Shown: in pieces, positions 28,340-37,386 of the stretch | Numbering within the stretch: position 1 is the stretch's first letter | Layout: each line of letters begins with the position of its first letter | Assembly (NCBI GenBank): GCA_965218435.1 | Contig: CBDCKW010000009.1 | Coordinates: forward strand, 2,400,001 to 2,464,000 | DNA length: 64,000 bases | Origin: Truepera sp. | Lineage (GTDB): Bacteria > Deinococcota > Deinococci > Deinococcales > Trueperaceae | Direction: 5' to 3' | Position numbers and translations under genes: made by a program | The notes under the pieces: model-generated | Databases searched by the model: none | Told to the model about the DNA's origin: nothing | The model's input: only the letters and a program-made list of their open reading frames with translations

Positions 28340-28948
28340 ATGCCCCCCGCCTATAGTTCTCTGACTGTCATCATCGTGGCAGACGACCCTCTCGTACGAG
28401 TAGGACTCACAAACTTGATCGAGGTTGAAGGTCTATTGGTAACAGCAGCTGTCTCCGGGAGTGAGCTAGCTACGGAGCAGGGTGACGCCGAAGTTTTGCT
28501 CTGGGACGCCGACCCGATGCTAGACGCCGAGGCCGCCGCTCAGCAGGAGGTGCCGGTCCTTGCGCTTGTGAGCGAAGATGACGACCCAAACTCACTCCTA
28601 GCAGCTGGGGTCGCGGGGGTTCTCTACCGCACTGCGACAGCCGCGCACCTTGCGGCAGGGTTGCGCGCCGTCGCCGCAGGGCTGACGGTGCTCGAGCCCA
28701 ACCTGTTACCGCCGCTATTACCTGTCATGCCCGAACGAGATACGCCCTTTGACGACCTCACCCCACGCGAGCTCGACGTTTTAGAACTCGTCAGCGAAGG
28801 TCTGCCAAACAAGCGAATCGCTAAAGAGCTCGGCATCAGTGTCAACACTGTAAAGTTTCACGTCAACGCGCTGCTCTCCAAGTTCGGTGTAAAAAGCAGA
28901 ACTGAACTGGCTGTCCGTGCGGTTCAGCAGGGACAGACGAACCTCTAG
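28340..28948 (+). CDS. NarL/LuxR family response regulator (atypical receiver)
   Basis: ADDPLVRVGL; LTPRELDVL...GLPNKRIA.ELGIS..TVKFHV..LL.K.G..SRTE HTH. Confidence 0.9.
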   Translation: MPPAYSSLTVIIVADDPLVRVGLTNLIEVEGLLVTAAVSGSELATEQGDAEVLLWDADPMLDAEAAAQQEVPVLALVSEDDDPNSLLAAGVAGVLYRTATAAHLAAGLRAVAAGLTVLEPNLLPPLLPVMPERDTPFDDLTPRELDVLELVSEGLPNKRIAKELGISVNTVKFHVNALLSKFGVKSRTELAVRAVQQGQTNL

Positions 28949-28949
28949 C

Positions 28950-28990
28950 CCTATCCCTACGGGTAGGTGCGTCCTATCCAAGATGGGGGA
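28950..28990. promoter_or_regulatory. Tandem inverted-repeat operator candidates upstream of the protease
   Basis: CCTATCC-N4-GGGTAGG, and a second CCTATCC-N4-TGGGGGA 23 bp later. Confidence 0.45.
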
Positions 28991-29023
28991 GTCACGTCTC
29001 GCCTGAAACGCTATTTTAGGTCT

Positions 29024-29905
29024 ATGGATCATTTATCAGCTACCCTCGTTCAAACGGTTGAAACTTTAAGTCAGAGTCTCGTCAGCGTTCAGGCACGCCG
29101 CGGCTACCCGTTAAGCGGCGTGGTCTGGTCAGATGGCGTTATCGTCACGACTAACCGTGCGGTTGAACGCGAAGACAACCTCTATGTGGGTTTGCCTAAC
29201 GGTGAAACGCTCGAGGCCGAACTCATTGGGCGCGCCCCTAACGTAGACCTCGCTGCGCTCAGGCTCACCAGCGACGTGTTAAAAACGCCAACGTGGATTG
29301 GCACCGACGACTTGAAAGTGGGCCAACTTGTGCTGCGCCTTGGGCGGCCTAGAGGCAGTGTGCGGGTGACGATGGGTGTGCTGAGCGGTCTCGAGCCCTG
29401 GCGTAGTCGCTCGGGCGTGCAGCTTGATACCACTATACTGACCGACGCTGATACCTTCCGGGGCTTTTCGGGCGGTGTCTTCGCTACCCTTACCGGTGAG
29501 CTCGTAGGTGTCAATACTGCCGCCCTCAGCCGGAGCGGGGACAGTGTAATCCCGACCAGCAACCTCGAGAAGACCATTCGTGAGTTGCTCGAGCATGGAC
29601 GGGTACGCCAGGGTTACCTGGGGGTCAGTGGTCAGCCCGTTAAACTACCAGAAGCGTTACAAACTGAGCTAGGGCAGCGTGCCGGACTCTTAGTGATGTC
29701 GGTAGAGCCGGGTAGTCCGGCTGAGCGGGCAGGCTTAAGCCAAGGTGACGTGATCTTAAGTCTGAGCGGCGTCAAGGTCGCGCGTTCAGGCGGACTTGTG
29801 GCGGAGCTTTCAGGCGAGCACATCGGAAAAACGCTGCCACTGACGGCGGCGCGGGGCGGGCAGGTACAGACGTTTGAACTTACCGTGGCTGAGCGTACTA
29901 GCTAA
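29024..29905 (+). CDS. HtrA/S1C-like serine protease homologue with PDZ domain
   Basis: DLAAL, GFSGG, VGVNT and GYLGV...PGSPAERAGL..GDVI; leaderless TATTTT-6nt-ATG. Confidence 0.85.
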   Translation: MDHLSATLVQTVETLSQSLVSVQARRGYPLSGVVWSDGVIVTTNRAVEREDNLYVGLPNGETLEAELIGRAPNVDLAALRLTSDVLKTPTWIGTDDLKVGQLVLRLGRPRGSVRVTMGVLSGLEPWRSRSGVQLDTTILTDADTFRGFSGGVFATLTGELVGVNTAALSRSGDSVIPTSNLEKTIRELLEHGRVRQGYLGVSGQPVKLPEALQTELGQRAGLLVMSVEPGSPAERAGLSQGDVILSLSGVKVARSGGLVAELSGEHIGKTLPLTAARGGQVQTFELTVAERTS

Positions 29906-30022
29906 ACCCAGCAGCCTAAAACTTAGAGCAGCCTGCTCCTTTTTAAGGGGGCGGCTTAAACGCTCAGTGTCGTCTAACACCGCATTTGGGTCTCGTCCAG
30001 AGGCCGTTATGAACTTTTAAGG

Positions 30023-30050
30023 CGAGTCTTGCCCGGTCGGGCAAGACTCG
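30023..30050. repeat. Perfect GC-rich palindrome (REP-like), no U-tract
   Basis: CGAGTCTTGCCCG-GT-CGGGCAAGACTCG. Confidence 0.6.
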
Positions 30051-30139
30051 TAATGTGATCTTAATGGGCTTTTCTTACGCCTCACTTTCTTTTACAAGGC
30101 TTACAGAGTTTGTCATTGACTCCAGGTTTTGTAGATACA

Positions 30140-30544
30140 AGATGCTGTGTTAGGAGTCAAGAGGTGTCAGCAGAACCGAACGAGCACTGATGAACCAGCA
30201 CAGCATAAACAGTTCTGAGGAGCTTGCCCATACAGGCAATGAGCGCCGTTTGTTTTCACCGTTTTTGACTAGACGTGTCAAAAAGCTCTTCAGGACGGGA
30301 TTGTAACGATGCGAGAGCTGGCAGATACAAAAGCCGACGCACGTGGGCTGAGCCCAGACGCGAGATTCGACTTCTGCGCCTGACACTTGAACCCGACTCG
30401 AAGCGCGGTGGCGTCAGACCCGCCAACGCCACCAGTTTCCGAGCCGACGCAAAACGCTTCACGTCTCCCAGTTCCGCTAAGAGCAGGCAAGCCGTTCTTA
30501 CCCCTATGCCTGAGATACTCTGGAGCAACGTCAAGTCATTAAGT
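30140..30544 (-). mobile_element. IS110-family transposase 3' remnant, frameshifted
   Basis: LLQSISGIG..TA..LLAELGD..RF.SARKL.A.AGL.P...ESGSSV....RISRLG...VRR.LY.PAL; continues in another frame as YNPVLK.F..RLV.NG; ends TTGACTCCTAACACAGCATCT. Confidence 0.8.
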
Positions 30545-31291
30545 TTAAGCGCCTGTCGGCTTTTGAGCTACCATCATGATTTCAATGTCTGTCGGCTCCA
30601 GCGGCTTGCGGCTGAACTGGCCCGCGACGCAGCCGTATCCCGCACGCACCTCGAGTCCTGCCCCCCCCAACAACCACTTAAGTTCACGGTGGGTAAAAGC
30701 GGTGCAGTGCATCTCAAACTCTCGAGTCTCACCCTGCGGATTTTGAAGTGTTTGACTCCATGAAGACGTTGCGGTGTAAGGGTCAAAGGTAGACGCCGCG
30801 TCCTCATTGTGCGCCGCCGAAAATGCGTTGACGGCCGTCAGCACGAAGGTCGCACCGGGTCTTAAAGCACGGCTCACTCCAGCTACAATTTGCTGGTGCC
30901 CAGCGTCATCCCCGGCTACACCGAACGCCCCTTCACAGAGGCAGATAGCAGCGTCGAAGCTATCTTCAAACTCTAGCTTCCGGGCATCTTCAAGCCGAAA
31001 CTCCGCTGGAAGCTGTTCTGCTGCCGCTACTTTTCGGGCGTATTCAATGAGACCAGCAGAAATGTCTATTCCCACAGTATGAAACCCGCGCCGCGCCAGC
31101 TCGAGGCTGTGCCGCCCTGCGCCGCACCCCACATCGAGAATGCGTGCTCCGGCGGGAAGTTGCAATAATGCCTCCAGAAAATCCACCTCTTGCGTTGTAC
31201 CTTGGGTATAACCTTCTTTTAGATAGGCTTCACGCTGAAAGTTGCCGATGTCTTTATAGAAACTGCCGTCGTAATTGGATGGTTGCGTCAT
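30545..31291 (-). CDS. Class I SAM-dependent methyltransferase
   Basis: ILDVGCGAGRH, GIDIS, DAR and FDAAICL motifs; AGGAGA SD. Confidence 0.9.
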   Translation of the reverse strand: MTQPSNYDGSFYKDIGNFQREAYLKEGYTQGTTQEVDFLEALLQLPAGARILDVGCGAGRHSLELARRGFHTVGIDISAGLIEYARKVAAAEQLPAEFRLEDARKLEFEDSFDAAICLCEGAFGVAGDDAGHQQIVAGVSRALRPGATFVLTAVNAFSAAHNEDAASTFDPYTATSSWSQTLQNPQGETREFEMHCTAFTHRELKWLLGGAGLEVRAGYGCVAGQFSRKPLEPTDIEIMMVAQKPTGA

Positions 31292-31383
31292 GTTGTTCTC
31301 CTAGTAGAAATGAGAGGCCATAGGTCGAATAGCGACTTCTGGAAAAAACTCTTTTCAGATGTGGCCTGGAGAACTAACGCAAC
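31282..31383 (-). promoter_or_regulatory. Hairpin sequestering the SD and start codon of the methyltransferase
   Basis: mRNA arms GUUGCGUUA-GUUCUCC-AGGCCA pair with UGGCCU, GGAGAAC (SD) and UGACGCAAC (overlaps AUG). Confidence 0.6.
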
Positions 31384-31384
31384 G

Positions 31385-31447
31385 TCAGCTGTGCGAGAAG
31401 AGATGAGACTTCGCGTCAGTTCCTGTGTGATGCTTGGCTGTAGGCAC
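31385..31447 (-). CDS. 20-aa leader peptide MPTAKHHTGTDAKSHLFSHS
   Basis: Strong SD AGGAGGTGA before GTG; extended -10 TGcTACACT just upstream. Confidence 0.55.
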   Translation of the reverse strand: MPTAKHHTGTDAKSHLFSHS

Positions 31448-31509
31448 GTATCTCACCTCCTCTTCTGGATAACGCTCAGTGTAGCATTTAAGACGGGCTC
31501 GAGATGTGG

Positions 31510-31971
31510 TTATCCGCGCCGTGCTTGAACGTCGTAGCTAACATAAGCCTGTTCAGTTTGCTCTTGCTCAGTCGTTTGGAGCTAAAAGCGGTAACTCGGA
31601 GCTAAAATCGGTTGCACTTCACGGACTTCAACCACGATCACTGCTCTAACCTTGAACGCGTCGCCAGCTTTCTTTCTTAGCGGCGCAGCTCGTTGTTCAA
31701 ACCTCGAGTCACTGTCCAAAATTACCGTCGCCTGACCCTTGAGCTTATAGCCCTTTTACACAAAAACGTCTATAAAACTGACGCAGACATTCGGATTGCT
31801 GCGGATATTCTGCACGCTGCTGCTCGAGGCGATATGTGCAATTGACACGTGCGTATCGTCCTCGGCACCAAATATCTCTTTGGGTGACACGTTAGGCAGA
31901 CTGTCTTTAGACGTTGCCAGCCAACAGAGTGCGCTCTGCTCGATGCTCTTTTTGACCTTAGCTGTGAGCAT
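31510..31971 (-). pseudogene. Pyridoxamine 5'-phosphate oxidase-like FMN-binding protein with two nonsense codons
   Basis: LCWLAT...PNVSPKEIF...NPNVCVSFIDVFV*KGYKLKG...APSYRF*...; TAA at 31756-31758 and TAG at 31582-31584, frame continuous. Confidence 0.75.
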
Positions 31972-33151
31972 AACGCTGCTTTCTCAGTATCCAAAACGCC
32001 AGCACCGCACCCGGCAACAGGCTCAAAAAGCTCAGCTGCATCGCCGCCATCAGCCCTAGATGCTGCTGCACCCAACCGATCCCGATATAGAACACCCCGG
32101 CGCATCCCCAGGTAAAGCCCATCATCATTCCTGAAGCGGTTCCGACGGCGTGCGGCGCGAGGTCTTGCGCGGCGACGACCATCAGCGGCAAGCCTGCGTT
32201 GACGAGCACGCCCGCCAGTATGACAAAGATGAAATAGAGCGCCGACCCTGCCGGAACCCAGAAGATGCCGTAAAAGAGAGGGAGGGCCAAAAGCATCGTG
32301 CCGGTAATCAAAATCTGCGAGCTGACGTGTCGCCCGAGCAACCCGGCCAAAATGCCGCCGGTGCCTGCTGCCAGTGAAAAGGCGAGCAGCGTCGTGCTGA
32401 TCAGCGAGCTGTCTCTCGAGGCACCCTGAGACACCAGATAGAGCGGAATGGCATTGGTAAACGTCACATACGAGACGCTCCGCAAGATACCCGAAACGCA
32501 GAGCACCCCGACCGGCCCGCGAAAGAGTTCCCAGTCAAAAAGCCGCCTGCGGGCAACCTTAGCTGTCTTCGGCTGAACCGGAATCAAAAAGTACATCGCA
32601 ATCCCCAAAAGAACACCCGGAATCATCAACAGCGGGCTGAACTGTAATCCAATCGTCCGGGCAACCAGCAAGATAATAGACGGCCCCAGCGCCAGCCCGA
32701 GCGTTCCGCCCGCACTAAAGACGCTTACGGTGAGCGCCTTGTTTTTACCGCCCGCCGCCCTCGCCATACTCGTGCCGGAGGGGTGAAACGCCGCCGAACC
32801 GAGACCGCCGACGAAGAGCAAGACGAAGAGCAGCGCGGCGTCCGGGACAACGCCCATCAGACTAAGGAGCGACGAACTCGTGATGATGCCGAACGCGCCG
32901 ACGAGCCGCTGCCCGAAGCGGTCGGCGAGTGAGCCGAAAAAGGGTTGCAGGACCGACGACGAAAACGATAATGTAGCCACCAAAAGCGCGAGCACGCCTT
33001 CGCTCAGACCAAAACGGAGTTGAAAGGTCGGCAAGAGTGCAGCCAACATACTGCTAAAGGCGTCATTGGTTGCGTGCACAGCGATCAGCAGCGTTGAAAG
33101 ACTGACGCCCGTAAGCACGATACGGTTAGAAACGGTTGAGGTCGTTGCCAT
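31958..33151 (-). CDS. MFS transporter (Fsr-like)
   Basis: HATND...LLP, QPFFG.LADRFG and GSAAFHP motifs; about 12 TM segments. Confidence 0.85.
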   Translation of the reverse strand: MATTSTVSNRIVLTGVSLSTLLIAVHATNDAFSSMLAALLPTFQLRFGLSEGVLALLVATLSFSSSVLQPFFGSLADRFGQRLVGAFGIITSSSLLSLMGVVPDAALLFVLLFVGGLGSAAFHPSGTSMARAAGGKNKALTVSVFSAGGTLGLALGPSIILLVARTIGLQFSPLLMIPGVLLGIAMYFLIPVQPKTAKVARRRLFDWELFRGPVGVLCVSGILRSVSYVTFTNAIPLYLVSQGASRDSSLISTTLLAFSLAAGTGGILAGLLGRHVSSQILITGTMLLALPLFYGIFWVPAGSALYFIFVILAGVLVNAGLPLMVVAAQDLAPHAVGTASGMMMGFTWGCAGVFYIGIGWVQQHLGLMAAMQLSFLSLLPGAVLAFWILRKQRYAHS

Positions 33152-33192
33152 ACCTCGAGTCTACGCTCCAGACGCGGTGAGGAATGCGTCTT

Positions 33193-34755
33193 TTACGCCT
33201 CTCCTTCCGGCCGACGGCTCGGCGTGACGTAAACCGTTTTTTGCTGGCTGAAATTGACGGCTCCCGGCGCACCGCCTTTAATCTTCCAGACGTTTTTTCT
33301 CAGCGTATAATCCACCGGTACATTCTCCGACAGACCCGCTTTCGAATAGGCGGCAGCTAGCTGCGCGGCAAAGAGTACGGTTTCAAACGGCACTTCGCGG
33401 TTTTCAGCTTTGACGATGACGTGTGAACCGGGATAACCCTGTGCGTGCAGCCAGAGGTCGCGGCTTTTCGCAAGCTTAAAGGTCAGCTCGTCGTTACCTT
33501 TAGAACTGCGACCTACCCACACAGTGAACCCTTGCGGGCTGGTGTAGCGCGTTCCCGGTGCGGCGCGGCCCTGGGATTTGGTTTCAGTCAGGTAGGTCTG
33601 GCTGAGGGTTTTGATGTCAGCGTCGGACAAGGTGGGCACGCGCCCCAGTAGTTCCGTCAGCTCGGCTAACTCAGCCCTGAGACCTTCTTCACGGGCGGCG
33701 GCCCCCTCGAGCCTCCCTTCACGCTTTTTTGCCCGTTCGTACAAGGCTTGAGCGTTCTCAACGGGATTTAAGCGAGTGTCCAAAGAAACTTCCCTGAGTT
33801 CACCTTCAAAATCTGTGAGCGTGACCTTGGCAGCGTGCGCGGGAACCTCTTTGGGGTACGCCATGAGCAAATCGGCGTCACCGCGCAGGGTGTCGGCCTC
33901 GAGCGCGGACTCGAGCGTTCTCGAGAGGTCATCCAACCGTTTTTGTGCGAGCCCTCGGCGTTTTTCCAACGCACTGCGTACTCTCTGTACCCTCGCTTCT
34001 TGCGCCTCAGCTTCACGCAGGGCACTCAGGTCGGCGCGTCCACCGAGTTCGTCCAAACCAGTACTCGGCGCGTCACTCAGACGTTTGATGGTGGTGGCGG
34101 CTTTTTCGGCCTTTGCCTCGTCTAAGACAGCGTTACGCGGTACGCCGACAAGTTGTGCGGCGGCTCCCGTCAGCTGTGGCCCGAATCCGTCTAACAAATC
34201 TCGCAGTTCGGACAACTTGTGGCCCGTCAGCAGCTCGGTCAGTTCAGCTTCAGAAAGCGTGCGAGGATCACGTTTGTCGTAAGGGGGCGGGGGTTCGTAG
34301 CGAAGTCCGGCCCGCACCTCTCGGAAGCGGTTGATGCTGCTCGTTACTTCTCTAGCTGCACCTAAAATTATTCCCGATTCGTCAAGCAAAATCAGGTTGC
34401 AGTTACGCCCGGTAAGCTCCGCAACCAGCACGACGCCGGGGGTTTCGACAAAGCCCCGACTGGGCGCAAACTCCAAACGTAATACCCGGTCGAGTTTGAC
34501 CTGTTCAGCTTTGAGCAGATCACCCGCGGCCCGCGCCACCAATAAATCCTGAAAGCCGGTATACGTCCCGCCAAAACTCGGTACGTCGTTACGGTAAGAA
34601 ACCTGGGCGTTCGGTGGGCGGTTGTAAAACCACATGCCCCCTTTTTTTAGGGGCAGCACAAAGGTGTAGGGGTCGGGAAACCGCCAGCTCAGGCGGGTAC
34701 TCGGTAACAGTGGGGCAATGCGCCGGAGCTGTTCGGCGATAAGAAGACCTTCCAT
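33193..34755 (-). CDS. rqcH: Ribosome quality control protein RqcH/FbpA (NFACT)
   Basis: DRVL, ELTGRNCNLIL, ENAQALY, VGRS..GND.LT, LWLHAQGYPGSHV, AAAYS and VDYT motifs. Confidence 0.85.
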   Translation of the reverse strand: MEGLLIAEQLRRIAPLLPSTRLSWRFPDPYTFVLPLKKGGMWFYNRPPNAQVSYRNDVPSFGGTYTGFQDLLVARAAGDLLKAEQVKLDRVLRLEFAPSRGFVETPGVVLVAELTGRNCNLILLDESGIILGAAREVTSSINRFREVRAGLRYEPPPPYDKRDPRTLSEAELTELLTGHKLSELRDLLDGFGPQLTGAAAQLVGVPRNAVLDEAKAEKAATTIKRLSDAPSTGLDELGGRADLSALREAEAQEARVQRVRSALEKRRGLAQKRLDDLSRTLESALEADTLRGDADLLMAYPKEVPAHAAKVTLTDFEGELREVSLDTRLNPVENAQALYERAKKREGRLEGAAAREEGLRAELAELTELLGRVPTLSDADIKTLSQTYLTETKSQGRAAPGTRYTSPQGFTVWVGRSSKGNDELTFKLAKSRDLWLHAQGYPGSHVIVKAENREVPFETVLFAAQLAAAYSKAGLSENVPVDYTLRKNVWKIKGGAPGAVNFSQQKTVYVTPSRRPEGEA

Positions 34756-34908
34756 CTGTACAGTTTAAGCCGAGGTAATCCCAATACCTAAAAAGCGAGA
34801 ACCATTGGGAGCGCCGAAGCAGCCGCGAGCAAATCCGCTAGAAGACGCTAGTGACGCGCGTACCAACGTTTATAGTAGAGCTAAGCCTTAGGACGAACGG
34901 AGCCCAGC

Positions 34909-36021
34909 ATGGCCATCCAGCGCCCCTCACTTACCATCGGTATCGAAGAAGAGTATCAGATTATCGACCCGGAAACGCGGGAGCTGAAAAGTTACATCAC
35001 GCAGTTTTTAGAGGGTGACCACAGCGTGTTGCGGACCTTAGAGCTTAAACCCGAACTGCATCAGAGCATGGTCGAGGTCGGCACCAAGGCGTGCAACACG
35101 GTTCAAGAAGCGCGGGCTGAACTGGTCGAGTTGCGCTGCCGGGTGTCTACTTACGCAGAGAAGCAGGGCGCGCGGATTGCGGCGGCAGGGACGCATCCGT
35201 TCTCGAGCTGGCAAACCCAAGAGATCACCCCACAAGACCGTTATGCGGGTATCGTCCAAGACATGCAAGACTTGGCGCGGCAGATGCTCATTTTTGGAAT
35301 GCACGTCCACGTCGGCATCGAAGACCCCGAACAGGTGATTGACAGCATGAACGTGCTGCGCTACTTTACGCCGCATATCTTGGCGCTCTCGTCGTCGTCA
35401 CCTCTGTGGGAAGGGCGCAATACTGGGCTCAAAAGTTACCGGAGCGCCCTCTTCAAGCGGTTTCCGCGTACCGGCTTACCGGCTGAATTTAGTTCATACA
35501 GCGAGTACCAGAACTTCGTCGAGGTGATGGTGCAAACCGGCAGCATCCCCGACGCCTCGAAAATCTATTGGGACATTCGCCCGCATCACCGCTACCCGAC
35601 CTTAGAGTTTCGGATTTGCGACCTCTGCACCACGGTAGATGACGCCGCGTGCTGCGCCGCGCTCTTTCAGGCGCTCGTCTTAAAGCACTACAAGATGCGG
35701 GTAGATAACGTGTCGTTCCGGCGTTACCCATTGGCGATGGTTGAAGAGAACAAATGGCGGGCGGTACGTTACGGGACGAGCGGCAAGCTGATTGATTTCG
35801 GACGGCAAGAAGAACGGCCCGCCCACGAGCTTTTCGGCGAACTCGTTGAATTTGTTGATGACGTGGTGGATGAACTCGGCAGCCGCAAAGAGGTCGAGCA
35901 TGTCTTTACGATTTTGGAGCGCGGGACGAGCGCCGACCGGCAGTTAGAAGTGTTAGAACGCACCCAAGACCCAAAAGCCGTGGTGGACTTTTTGGTTTCA
36001 GAGACGTTAACCGGATGCTAG
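34909..36021 (+). CDS. Carboxylate-amine ligase (YbdK / glutamate-cysteine ligase 2)
   Basis: TIGIEEEYQ, AGTHPF, FGMHVHVG and YWDIRP...PTLEFRICD motifs. Confidence 0.9.
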   Translation: MAIQRPSLTIGIEEEYQIIDPETRELKSYITQFLEGDHSVLRTLELKPELHQSMVEVGTKACNTVQEARAELVELRCRVSTYAEKQGARIAAAGTHPFSSWQTQEITPQDRYAGIVQDMQDLARQMLIFGMHVHVGIEDPEQVIDSMNVLRYFTPHILALSSSSPLWEGRNTGLKSYRSALFKRFPRTGLPAEFSSYSEYQNFVEVMVQTGSIPDASKIYWDIRPHHRYPTLEFRICDLCTTVDDAACCAALFQALVLKHYKMRVDNVSFRRYPLAMVEENKWRAVRYGTSGKLIDFGRQEERPAHELFGELVEFVDDVVDELGSRKEVEHVFTILERGTSADRQLEVLERTQDPKAVVDFLVSETLTGC

Positions 36022-36070
36022 GCGGGAACACCTATTGAGCGTGACGGCAGCTCGAGCCCCAGCAACAACG

Positions 36071-36907
36071 ATGACAAGCCATGAACTGACGATTGACGGT
36101 CTCAAAACCTACTACGTCAGAGGCGGTAGCGGCGCACCTTTGCTGCTGCTGCACGGCTTTACAGTGGGCTCGAGTGAGCTGACCTACGGCCCTTCGTTTG
36201 GACCACTTTCCGAACACTTCGACGTGATTGCCCCCGACCTGCCGGGGTACGGTCACAGCGCGTCACCTAAAACGTTTTACACGACCGACGAGTATGTACG
36301 GTTCGTTATCAAGTTTTTGGACGCGCTAGGGTTGGAAAAGGTCAACCTGGTCGGCTTCTCCAAAGGTGGCGCGATTGCGCTGGGTATAGGGTTAAAGTAT
36401 CCGGTCAGGGTTCGCAAACTCATCTTGGTCAGCGCGTATTCGCTCAACCGCTGGGTCACCTTGCCTTTTTTGCCGTATCTGGCCCTCCATACGCCCTGGC
36501 TTATCCGCTTTTTTTGGCGCACTCTTCGCCGTTACCGGCGGCTGTTGCCGTGGTACTTAAAACGCGTCATCTTTGGCAACGCCGGAGCCGTCACCGAACA
36601 GCTTTTGACCGAGGTCCGTAAACCGCTCCTCAAAGAGGGTAGTGAAGCTGCTTTCGTCGCCTGGTTGCGCGGTGAGCTGGGGATGTTTCACTACGCGACC
36701 GACTACAGCCGCCAAATTACCGAGCTGTGGGTGCCGACGCTCTTTTTGCATGGGACGAGGGATTTGGTGGTACCTGTCAGGGGTGCGCGGCGGGCCGCTA
36801 AGTCAGCACCAAACGCAACCATCAAACTGGTGCGGCGGTGTGGGCACTGGTTACCGAGAGAGGCGACGGGGGCATTTGTCGAGGCGGTGACAACATTTTT
36901 TGCTTAG
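36071..36907 (+). CDS. Alpha/beta hydrolase
   Basis: LLLHG, PDLPGYGHS, GFSKGG nucleophile elbow, G..D and CGHW. Confidence 0.85.
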   Translation: MTSHELTIDGLKTYYVRGGSGAPLLLLHGFTVGSSELTYGPSFGPLSEHFDVIAPDLPGYGHSASPKTFYTTDEYVRFVIKFLDALGLEKVNLVGFSKGGAIALGIGLKYPVRVRKLILVSAYSLNRWVTLPFLPYLALHTPWLIRFFWRTLRRYRRLLPWYLKRVIFGNAGAVTEQLLTEVRKPLLKEGSEAAFVAWLRGELGMFHYATDYSRQITELWVPTLFLHGTRDLVVPVRGARRAAKSAPNATIKLVRRCGHWLPREATGAFVEAVTTFFA

Positions 36908-36957
36908 CATTAGCTGAAAAAGTAGAGAAAACTAAAGTGAGCCGGTAAAGTTTAGAG

Positions 36958-37386
36958 ATGATTTGGACGCTGCAAGCCCGGATCAGCCGCCGGCTACTCC
37001 TCTGGAGTACCCTCAGCGTGGTCGGCGGCATAGCACTGCTTTTTGCCGTTCCTTTTTGGCGTGGCGTCGGCGTGCAGGGGCTCGTTTGGGGCATCATTGA
37101 CGCGGCGATTGCTGGCTTTGGCCTCGCACAGCTCCGGCGAAAACAGGGGCAGCCGGACGCAAACACACCGGACGCGTGCGCACGTGAAGCCCGCAGCCTA
37201 CGCCGCACCCTCCTCATCAACGCCGGTCTCGATGTGCTCTACGTCATTGGTGGCGTCATCGTCCTAACGAATCTGGCAACTGAGTTTGCCCGTGGGAACG
37301 GTGTCGGTATTATCATTCAAGGTGGGTTTTTACTCTTGTTCGATACGTTTTACGCCTTTCAGGTGCAGCGTCTGGAGACACAGTGA
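36958..37386 (+). CDS. Small membrane protein (DUF6992-like)
   Basis: Four TM segments; WGIID, NAGLDVLY and QGGFLLLFD. Confidence 0.65.
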   Translation: MIWTLQARISRRLLLWSTLSVVGGIALLFAVPFWRGVGVQGLVWGIIDAAIAGFGLAQLRRKQGQPDANTPDACAREARSLRRTLLINAGLDVLYVIGGVIVLTNLATEFARGNGVGIIIQGGFLLLFDTFYAFQVQRLETQ

